Assembly: GCF_048593235.1 (NCBI RefSeq)
Contig: NC_133623.1
Span: forward strand, 1,240,001 to 1,304,000
Direction: 5' to 3'
Length of the DNA: 64,000 bases
DNA from: Sminthopsis crassicaudata
Taxonomy: Eukaryota
A program made the translations under genes and the position numbers. The notes under the pieces were generated by a model that did no database searches, was not told where the DNA came from, and worked only from the letters and a program-made list of their open reading frames with translations. Below, piece by piece: positions 43,201 to 53,267 of the stretch. The first letter of the stretch is position 1; every line of letters begins with the position of its first letter.

Positions 43201-46200
43201 TCTCTCCACTTCTCTCTTTCTCTTGCCTTCTCTCTACATCTCTTTTCTCCTCTCTTCCCTTCTCTCTACATCTCTATCTTGCTCTTTCCTTTTCTCCCTT
43301 GCTCCCTCCTCTCCACATCACTCTCTCTTTCTCTACAGCTTTCTTGCTCCCTCCTTTTCTCTCCATCTCTTTGCTTCTCTCTTTCCTTTTTTGTACATCT
43401 CTATCTTGCTCCCTCCTCTCTACATTTCTCTCTTTCTCTCTTTCCTTCTCTCTGCATCTCTCCCTTGTTCCCTCCTCCTCCTCCTCTCTACATCTCTCTT
43501 TCTTTTTCTCTTTCCTTCTCTCTACATCTCTATCTTGGTCCCTCCTCCTCTCTACATCTCCTTTCCCCCCCCCTTTTCTCTACATCTTTCTTTCTTCTCT
43601 TCTCTTTCTTTCTTTCTCTCTATATCTCTTTCTTCCTCTTCTCTCTTTCCTTCTCTCTACATCTCTATCTTGCTCCCTCCTCCTCTCTACATCTTTCTCT
43701 TTCCTTTTTTTTACTTTTCTCTACAGTTCTATCTCTCCTTCTCTCTGCATATCTATCTTGGTCCCTCTTTCACTCTACATCTCTCTTGCTCCCTCCTCTC
43801 TACAGCTCTTTCTTGCTCCCTCCTTCTCTTTACATCTCTCTCTTGCTCCTTCCTCCTCCCTACATCTCTCCATCTTTTTCTTTTTCCCTTTCTCTATTTC
43901 TATTTCTTTTCTTCTCTTTCTCTCTCTCTCTTTCCTTCTCTCTACAGCTCTCTGCATCTATCTTGCTCCCTCCTTCTCTCTACATTTCTGTTTCTTTCTC
44001 TCTACATCTCTCTCTTGCACCCTCCTCTCTATATCTCTTTCTCTTTCATTTCCTCTACATATCTGTTTTCTTCTCTTTCTCTTTCCTTTTCTTTACATCT
44101 CTTTTTTCTCCCCTTCCTTCTCTCTTTTTTCTCTTCTTCTCTATTTCCTTCTCTACATCTTTTTCCTTCTCTACATTTTTCTGGCCTCCTCCTCTCTATA
44201 TCTCTTTCTCTTTCCTTCTCTCTTTCATTTTCTCTACATATCTCTCTGTTTTCTTCTCTCTCTTTCCTTTTCTCTATATTTATCTTTTTTCTCTCCTTCC
44301 TTCTCTTTGTCTCTATTTCCTTCTCTCTACATCTTTTCTCTCTTTTTCCTTCTCTCTGCATGCCTCTCTTGCTCCCTCCTCTCTACTTCTCTCTCTCTTT
44401 CCTTCTCTCTCCATCTATCCCTCTTTTCTTCTTTCCTTCTCTCTACATGTTTCTCTTTCCTTCTATCATTTTCTCTGATATCTTTTCTTTCTTTTTCTCT
44501 GTATCTTTTTTCTCACCTTCCTTCTCTCTACATCTCTCTCTTTTCTTCTTTCCTTCTCTCTACATCTCTCTCTTTTCTTCTTTCCTTCTCTCTACATCTT
44601 TCTCTTTCCTTCTCTCATTTTCTCTACATTTCTATCTCTGTTTTCTTCTTTCTCTTTCCTTTTCTCTGTTTCTCTTTTTTCTCTCCTTCCTTCTCTCTCT
44701 CTATTTCCTTCTCTCTACATCTCTCTTGCTCCCTCCTACTTCTCTCTTTCTCTTTTCTTCTCTCTACATCTCTATCTCTCTTTTCTTCTTTCCTTCTATC
44801 AACATCTTTCTCTTTCCTTCTCTCATTTTCTCTACATATCTATCTCTCTTTTCTCCTTTCTCTTTCCTTCTCTCTCTTTTCTTCTATCTACATCTTTCTT
44901 TCCTTCTCTCATTTTCTCTACATANNNNNNNNNNNNNNNNNNNNNNNNNNNNNNNNNNNNNNNNNNNNNNNNNNNNNNNNNNNNNNNNNNNNNNNNNNNN
45001 NNNNNNNNNNNNNNNNNNNNNNNNNNNNNNNNNNNNNNNNNNNNNNNNNNNNNNNNNNNNNNNNNNNNNNNNNNNNATCTCTCCTTTCCTCTCTTTCTTT
45101 CTCCCTACATCTCTCTTTCTCTTTCCTTCTCTCTGCATCTCTATCTTGCTCCCTCCTTCTCTCAGTTGCTCCCTCCTCTCCACATTTCTCTCTCACTCTC
45201 ACACACACTCTCCCTGTCTCCCTCCCCCCGCCCCCGCCCTCTCTCTCTCTTGCCTTCTCTTTGTATTTCTGTTTTATGCCCTTCTTCTCTCTATGTTTCT
45301 CTCTTGCTCCCTCCTCCTCCCTACGTCTCTGTCTCTCCCCTCTCCCTCGATTCTCCTCCTATATCTCTGACTAGTTGGGCTCTCTTCACCATCTGCTACA
45401 TCTTCACCATCACCGTCACCATCACCAGTATTACTATGGTGCCGACTATGTGCCAGGCAGTGGACTAAGCACTTCCCAAATGCGATCTCACTTCCGGGAG
45501 GTGCTCTTTGTATCCTCATTGTTCAGTTGAGGAAGCTGAGGCAGACAGAGATGACGTGACTTGCCTGGCATCACGTGTGTCTGAGGCTGGAATTGAATTC
45601 AGGTCTTTTTGCCTGGGGTCACGCACTCTCTTCTCCGAGCCACCTAGCAGTCCACTAACCATGGGGGACAAGCCAAGTTGGCCTCTTGTCCAACCCTTGA
45701 TGAACTTATCGGCACTCATGGGTTCAGCACGCACCTCTTGGAGAACCATTGTCAGATGTACCTGGACAGCTCTTCCCTCTCTCCTCAGCCGTTGGCAGCC
45801 ATCACTCAGGGGTTTCTGGACGTCTCCAGCCCAGACTGACCTCATCGTCGCTCTAGGCCTCCAGGGTTCCCCGAAGCGGAATCTTCTGGTTGCCATTTAT
45901 GCCGTTTTGTGGCCTCCAGGCTTTGGGCCTTTGCCACTAAGAGCAGGAGAGGCCTTTTCTTGCCCGCCTCCTTCTCTTTCATTGCCTGCCACCTCCCCTG
46001 TATTTCTTCCTTCACATCAAGGGCAAGGACTTTGGTCTGCCTCTCTTTGCATCCCCAGCACCTGGCACACAGTAGGTCCTTAAGAAATGTTTGTTGACTG
46101 ACTGGCCACCTTTTACTTTGCTCTGGTTTCTCCCGGTCTACAAATTGAATTGATGTTTCCATGCTGGCAGTGGGTGGAGATAGACAGGGGGCAGAGAACA

Positions 46201-49200
46201 AGCATTTATTAAGAGCCTGCGAGTACCAGGTACCAGGTGCTAGGCACTGTGCTAAGCGTGTCCCAATCACGTGATCCTCCTGAGCATCCTCAGAGGTCGG
46301 ACCAGTCTCGTCCGATGGCCCTGAAGGGCCTTGCCAGCTTTACCTGGCCATTAGGTGCCTGAGGCTGGTGCTCTGCATATAGCGGGGCCCAGCTGCAGAG
46401 GGCTTCGATGCAGCCATCTGTCAATGGCTTTGCCTTAGTTGCCCTGAGAAGCTTGGTCTGTCTCCGGGCACCCGAGGAGCTCCCTTGCTTTCATCCCGTG
46501 AAGCCCGGGGCATTTGATGCCTTTGCTTCCTGGTCCGTGAGACGATTCTGCGGACGCTGAGCCATGAGCGCCCTTTGATGGAGGTCCAGACCAGCAGTCT
46601 TGAAGCACCTTCAGGCCTCGCGCTTTTCTCGAGCCTAGGAAATGAGTCCGTGCTCAGGTCTGCCTGGATGATCCGGCAACGCCTTGGGCCTCAGTTTCCC
46701 AAATATAATCAGAGAAGTCTGGTGGCAGGCGGGCTCGGGTGTAGCGATCCCTTCGGCCTTGATTTCCTGCCTTCTGTAAAACTCTCTAAGTGCCCTTATC
46801 AGGTGTCCCTGGCACCCACAGGTGGTGAAGTTGAAGGCTGTGTTCCCGCATGGAGCAGGCTTCGTCCTGGCTTTTGAGTTCATGCTCTCTGACCTGTCTG
46901 AGGTCATCCGGCATGGGAAGCGGCCTCTGGCCCCAGCTCAGGTTAAAGCGTACATGCAAATGCTGCTCAAGGGTGTAGCCTTCTGCCACGCCAACAACAT
47001 TGTACACCGGGTATGGATACCCAGAGGGCCAGTGCCCAAGCTTTTTTGGGAGGGTGCTGGGCTGGGGATGGGCAGGGCTGGGGGGGGGGGCTCAGTTGAG
47101 CCTTGGCAAGGGGACTGGATGTTGGGCCTTAGACTTCTTTCTTCCTTTTTTCCTTCCTCCTCCCTTCTTCCTTGCTTCCTCTCTTTCCTTCCTCCTCCCT
47201 CCCTCCCCCCTCCTTTCCTTTCTTTCCTTCTTCCTTCCCCAGGACCTAAAGCCGGCCAACCTGCTCCTCAGCTCCTCAGGCCAGCTGAAGATCGCCGACT
47301 TCGGTCTTGCCCGTGTTTTCTCCCATAAGGGTGACCGACTTTATAGCCACCAAGTGGCCACGAGGTACACACCTCAGCCTGGTGGGAGGGGCAAATGTGA
47401 GCGAGTGGGGGGGGGGGGCAGGGGGAGCGGCATCAGTTGCGGGCTTTGGGGTAGGAGGCATTGGTAGGCATGCTTCTTTGGCCCCATTGGGGCTGCCACC
47501 TTTCCCTCCTCTTGCCCGCTAACGGCGTTTCCTCCATCGGCTGCAGGTGGTATCGGGCTCCAGAACTTCTGTATGGAGCCAGGCAGTATGATGAGGGTGT
47601 GGACCTATGGTAAGGCTGGGGCGAGAGGGAGAGGGCCTCAAGCAGGCCCAAGCAGGGGCCCAGCCATGTCTACTCTTGCCCACAGGGCCGTGGGCTGCAT
47701 CTTCGGGGAGCTCCTGAACAACTCCCCTCTCTTCCCTGGGGAGAATGACATCGAACAGCTGTGCTGTGTCCTGCGGGTCCTTGGGACCCCCAGCCCTCAG
47801 GTGTGGCCGGTGAGTAGCAGGGAAGTGGGAGAGGGCTTCCGCCAGGTCATCGTCAAGGCCCCATAATTCCTGTGTCCCTCTGGTCCTCCCCCAGGGGATC
47901 ACCGAGCTCCCAGATTACAACAAGATCTCATTCAAGGAGCAGCTGCCCCTGCCCTTACGCGAGGTGCTGCCCGACGCGTCCTACGAAGCCCTCCAGCTCC
48001 TGAGTCTCTTTCTTGTCTACCCTCCTCGAAGTCGAATCCAGGCCAATCAGGTATCCCCCTCCCCTCTCCCAGGTGCACCTCTGTGGGCTAAGAGGAAGTG
48101 GACCCGACTCCCCCCTCCTCAAGGAGCCCCCTCCCATCTCCGGCCAGATAGTGACCGCGCCCCCAGGCCTGTCCTAGGGACACAGATGAGACAAGGCGTC
48201 AGAGAGCTGACTCCCCCTTCTCTCCCCACCCCGGCACACAACCCGCCTAGGTCAGTTGTCATGCAGTCGTTTTTCGAGCGTGTTTTGTGGCGGAGATCTC
48301 GAAGTGGTCGGCCATTTCCTTCTCCAGCTCCTTTTACAGACAAGGGTACTGAGGCAAACCGTGTGAAATGACTTGCCTAGGGTCACACAGATAGTAAGGG
48401 TCCAAGGTTGGATTTGAACTCACCACGATGAGTCTTGCAGATCCCCAGGCTGCTGTTCTAGCCGTTCTAGTGCCACCTACCAGCCCACATAGATCAATAA
48501 GTACAAAGAACTCAGGCTCCTGGCAGCTCTGAGAGAGCCTCGGTAGGGAGCAGGAGGCTGAGTTCAGGGGGCAGCCCCTGGACCTGAACGACCGGGCTAG
48601 GGGGTCTGCAGCACCCCAAAGGCCACGTCTCAGTGATACAGGCAAGCGGAAAGTACTAGAGGAAGAGAGTTCCCTGCGGAGCCGAGGCTTAACTAATCGG
48701 CCAGTGGCCGCGGCCCAAAAGAACCCAGGGGCGGGAGTTTGCACCCCACTGGCCGGGACCAGGGAGGACCGAGCCTTCTCCGCCAGGACTTTGAGATGCA
48801 CAGGGGACACCTGGGAGGAGATAGCCAGCCAATAGCTGATGGTGTGCCATCTGACTGGAGGGCCAGAGAGGCCAGGGATTTGGGAGTCACCTGTGTCCAA
48901 ATGGTCAAGAAGCTCCTACTGTGTGCGAGGCCCCACCCCACGGGAGCACCCACGCTTGGGGGGCAGCAAAGGAGAGAGAGAAGGCCACTGCCGGTCTGAT
49001 TGTGAGGGACTAAAAACGGGGTGGGGGGAGCAGCAGAGCTTGTGGCCTTTGGAGTTCGGAAATGTACGAAAAGAAAGATGGGGGGGGGCCAAGGGGGAGC
49101 CGGAAGGAGTGATTCCAGGGGACGTCCCTGGAGCACAGTGGGAGAGGAGAAAGTAGGGCAGGCTTGGCAAGGAGACGTGGAGAAACGTGGGAACTCCCCA

Positions 49201-50947
49201 AAGACGGCCTTGAGTTTTCTCAGCCAAGAAGGGAGTGAGAGAAGGGTGGGGCTGATAGCTATGGTGAAGGCCCAGTGGGGGTGGGAGAACGGATCCTTGG
49301 GGCGGTCCCCAAGGGCATGGCTGGGCCAGGGACAAGCAGAGGCCAAACAGCAGTGGGCACCAAACTCAAGAATTTGGGGCTGAAAAGAGGCACAGGAGGG
49401 GGCCCAGTGGGACAGGGCAAGGGGTGAAGGGCCTGGAGATCAGTGGGCAGGCAGGGCCTAGAGAGCCGCTGACAGGGCCACCGGAGGCCAGGGCCAGGGG
49501 AGGGCCCACAGAGCTGCCTGCGGGGCCACCCGCTGACTTATGGGAACATTGTGATTGGCTGGCATAGGATACTTTCTGTTACTACTGTTGGTATGTGAAA
49601 GGAAGCCAAGCACAACTGAGGGAGGGGGAGATAAGGAACAGAACTGTTACAGAAGGACCCCCGCCCAGCTCCAGCCCAGGGTGGGCTCCGCCCAGGCCTC
49701 CCACTCCTTCCTGTGTGACAGAGAAGGGCCTGTTCTCTCCCCCGCCACCCATGCAAGCCCAAAAAAACTCCTTTAGAAAGCTACTTTGCTGGGGAGTGAG
49801 TTGCTGGTGACGGGAAGGCGAGGCAGGGGGCCCGCTTGGCCCTCTGGAGTTAAGGAGTCCCCTTCCCCTGGCCAAGGAATACGATCCGAGGCCCCAGCAG
49901 GTTGGCACATCCCATCTGGAAAGAGGAGGTCACAGGTGCTTTGAGATCAGAAGAGGAAGAGTATGCTTCTGGCTTTAGGGTGAGGAAATAGCATCTTAGC
50001 AGAGGCTCAGAAGTGACAGACGATCCCATGAGAGACCCGAGTGGATCTGCTTTTCTACATGGGAAGGGCTCTCGGCTTTGTGGTCCGATGCCCTGGGTTC
50101 AAATCCTGCCTCTTATTAGGACCAGCTGGGTGCCCTGAGGCAAGTCCCTCAGTCTTGGAGGCCACTGGCCGCTCTAGAGGGCTGGCTCGCCTCCTTGTAC
50201 TTAAATAAGGTAACTCAGAGCCGACCACCGGAGGCTCGCCTAGCTCGGGGGCCTTAGTGGACCTGTTTTACCCAACAGCTAGGAGTGGGGTTTCGGCCGT
50301 CCTTGATTAAGGTCCCAGTTCGTGTCTGATTGGATCCCGTTTCGTGCCCTTAGGGGGTCTGCTTTAAGGAACAGATAAAAATTGCTTACTGTCCAAACGT
50401 TTGCACGTCTCCTTCACTTAAGTCAGTAGGGGGCCCGCTTTAATGGACACCTTTGAGGAACAGAGTCCCCTTGTTTCTCTTTAACTGAGCCCGGGGCTTG
50501 ATAAAAATCTGCCGGCTTGCCACAGTGCTCAAAGGGGAACTGTTTCTCCCCCCTGTCGCCACCCCCACCCCCACCCCCAGGGTTTTTTTTGTGTGTGTGT
50601 GTCGAGCGAATTCAGCCAGCCCTTTCTTTGAAGGTGGAGGAAGCGGCGCCCACTGGGGAACTCACAAGGGATGAAGCCAGGGATATAGGGGTGAGACAGG
50701 ACTGGGCCGGGCCGGGCCACCCCTTCTCACTCCCCCCACATCCCCACAGGCCCTGCTACATGAGTACTTCTTCAGAGCCCCGCTGCCAGCCCACCCCTCA
50801 GAGCTGCCCATTCCACAGCGTGGGGGGGGGCCCAGCTCCAAGGCCCGACCAGGCCCTCCTCATGTCCACGACTTCAGGGTCGAGCAGCCCCTGGCTGAGT
50901 CGTTGCCAGATCCGGAGCTGATTCGGCCCTACCTCCCAGAGGGATGA
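40270..50947 (+). CDS. CDK20: Cyclin-dependent kinase 20 (CCRK), 346 aa, 8 coding exons, intact
   Basis: Exons 40270-40344, 41806-41919, 46822-47010, 47243-47364, 47547-47609, 47686-47809, 47895-48050, 50750-50947 (1041 nt). MDQYSILGRIGEGAHGIVFKAKHVETGETVALKK, PNQALRE helix, HRDLKPAN, DFG, HQVATRWYRAPELLYGAR, C-terminal PAHPSELPIPQR...PELIRPYLPEG*. Confidence 0.96.
42520..45365. repeat. About 2.8-kb pyrimidine-rich (CT) degenerate tandem/low-complexity tract in CDK20 intron 2
   Basis: Very few G on the + strand; recurring TCTCTACATCT and CTTGCTCCCTCC motifs. Confidence 0.92.
44925..45076. other. Assembly gap (N run)
   Basis: 152 N inside the CT tract. Confidence 1.
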
Positions 50948-51000
50948 GCCTCCCACTGCCCTGGCCTCCACCCAGCTCTGCCTGGCCCCAAGAGATTGCC

Positions 51001-51021
51001 TTATCTGGGCACTCCCAGCTG
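51001..51021 (-). promoter_or_regulatory. GATA/E-box composite matching the core of the GATA1 haematopoietic enhancer (G1HE/HS1), inside the CDK20 3' UTR
   Basis: TTATCT-GGGCACTCC-CAGCTG, i.e. CAGCTG-N9-AGATAA on the minus strand. Same layout as the mouse G1HE core as I recall it (CCCTTATCTATGCCTTCCCAGCTG). Confidence 0.7.
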
Positions 51022-51140
51022 CTCCCCCTGGCCTTCCTGCGGCCAGGGTGGGAGGGGACTCAGGCGTCCGGCTTCCCTCCCTCTGGAGCTTCAGGAGAAC
51101 AGACTTCTAACCTTGGCTGTGCCTCAGTTTCCCTAATAAC

Positions 51141-51146
51141 AATAAA
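51141..51146 (+). terminator. CDK20 polyadenylation signal AATAAA
   Basis: First AATAAA, 194 nt after the CDK20 stop. Confidence 0.7.
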
Positions 51147-51478
51147 CACTACATTGGACTCCAAAGGCAGGGTCAGTGGGAATATTCAAAGTGACTGGGA
51201 AATGGGAAGAAGGCCTCAGTTTTCCCAGATGTGATTTGGGCTTGATGATTCCCACCTGTCCTGCTCTCTGCCCTTGGAGCAGGGGGACCAAAGTGCCACT
51301 ATTTGGGGGGGGGGGGAAGGGAGAGAAAGATGAATGAATTTCCCTGTCACACAGGGGCTGAAAGCAGGGGGTGAGGGGTATAGATGGGGCTAGGGAGGCC
51401 CCAGTATCCGCTCTCTTTCCCCCAACCTCCTGTGGGGCTGCTAGTTGCCTCAACCCCAACAGCCAAGGTCCGGCCCTC

Positions 51479-51497
51479 CATCTGATAAGACTTATCA
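51479..51497. promoter_or_regulatory. GATA1 upstream palindromic double-GATA element (dbGATA)
   Basis: CATCTGATAAGACTTATCA, near-identical to the mouse/human element CATCTGATAAGACTTATCT, about 600 nt upstream of the putative erythroid first exon. Confidence 0.88.
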
Positions 51498-52049
51498 GCA
51501 GGCCCCAGCCTTGGCCCAGCAGGGAGCTGGTGTAAGTTGGGGGGATGGGGGAAGGGGAAGGGTGTCCCTCATCCTCCCCAACATCTTAGTTTGAGCATCT
51601 GCCCCAGTGTGTCATAGGCCTTCTTGCCAGGACCTCATCTGACCCCCCACGCACACACTGAAAAACCTAAGGGAGAGTGGGGGTGACAGAGGGAGAAAGG
51701 GAGGTACGCATAAGCTCCAGGGCTACCATGAAATAGAGACCGGCCCGCCCCACAGGGCCTCAGAGGAGAGGAAAGAGCCGGGCCCAGCCCCAGGCCTGGA
51801 GGGCCACTGTTCCAAAGCAATGGCAACCGAGGCTCTGAGAGACCCGCACGGAAAGGTGGGGCAGAGCTCGGGCAGCAGGAGATGAGCAGGCGGAGAAGCC
51901 TATGGGCCCGTGGGGGAGGTCTGTGATGGGCGGGGGAGGAAGGTGCCCCCAGCCATCTAAGCCACACTCTGGCATTGGTGCCAGCAGGGGGCGGTCCCAA
52001 GGCTGGGCCCCTTCTCCCCCCCCACCCCCTGGCCCCGCCTGTAGCCACA

Positions 52050-52159
52050 GCAGGAGGGGGGTGTGAGGGAGGGAGACACTGTTGTCTTGGTCGCAGCCTG
52101 GACCCTGAGGAGATCCAAGAGAGACTGCCCCCCCTCCCTCGGCCTAAACACCTGCTCAG
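52050..52159 (+). promoter_or_regulatory. GATA1 erythroid promoter CACCC box and non-coding first exon (IE)
   Basis: GGGGTGTGAGG (CACCC-type) about 52057; exon ending CCTGCTCAG|GTTAGT (donor at 52160). Start site not determinable. Confidence 0.55.
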
Positions 52160-52649
52160 GTTAGTGCCCCCGAGCCCTCTAGCCACCCATTTGGGCAGGA
52201 CTTCAGCCCTGTCTCATCCTCCCAAAGCCCTAACGCTGTACCTTTGAGTTACCCCCCCCCCCCCGGCCATATTGGAGGGGCTTGAACTCCAACCTGGGTT
52301 CCTCCTCCAACTCTCCTTCCTCTCCCTTAATTCTATCTCTGGGCCTTCCGAGCTCCTCTCATCCCTCTTCTGGCTCCGGCCCTCGTCCCCTCCAGATTGC
52401 ATCCTTGAGGGGCCTGATCTGACCAATCCCCAGAGGCCCCCGAGGCCCATCTCCGATTCCGCCCTGCCTGAGGGTCCTCGGCTCTGATTTCCTCTCCAAA
52501 AATCAAGCCATATCTGACCCCCCTCCAAACCTTCCAAATTAAAAGCCATTCTGTAGGGGTGGACCATACCTGGCTGGCCTGGGCCAAGCTGGGCTGGGAG
52601 CTGGCTGCCTGGAGTCCCCCGAGCCTGCTGGGAACACACTAGCCCCAGG

Positions 52650-52702
52650 CTGCTGATAAGAGGCTTTCATATCCCCCAGTCCTGAGATAAGGGTTATCTC
52701 TG
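52650..52702. promoter_or_regulatory. GATA-site cluster in GATA1 intron 1
   Basis: TGATAA about 52655, then AGATAAGGGTTATCT (inverted pair) about 52685-52699. Confidence 0.5.
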
Positions 52703-53267
52703 CCTTGGGGTGATAACTGGGGGAGGGCTGGCTGGAGGGTACAGAAGGAGCTCCCACTCTGGGCCTGGAGGGTCGGAGAAAGGAAGATGAGAAAAGAAAA
52801 ATGGCTGGGGGGGGGGGAAGAGAGTGGGGAGGGCTGGGGAAGAAGAAGCCTCTTTCCCTGTCCACCCCCCCCTTTCTAGTCTTGGTTTCCCTGGGGCCGA
52901 GTGCCCCCACTCTTTGCCCCCCCCCCCGTTGCCCAAACATATGTGTGTATCTGTATGTGTGTTACCTGTATAATGTACATATATGATCTCGATCCCAGTG
53001 GTGTATGTGTATATTTAGAGCGTCCGTATCTCAATGTGTGTCTCCGTGTCTGTGGACGTGCACGGGCCCCGCAGGCAAACACGTCCTGTGTGTGAAGGCC
53101 AAGGCTCTGGGCCCACGGAGGCCCACTTACTCGGGGTAGGGCCTGGACCGTGGCCGGGAGAGCACCCGAGGACCGCGCTTAGGAAGGTCTCGTGGGGCTG
53201 ATGATCCTGCCCCCCCTCAGGGAGGCACCACTGACACTGCTTCTGCCGCAATCGTCGGGGAGCCCCC

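Noticed and set aside
42296-45374. Very long ORFs (1024, 842 and 667 aa) rich in S/L/F
   Set aside because: Artefacts of the G-poor CT tract, which lacks stop codons; they also run through an N gap.
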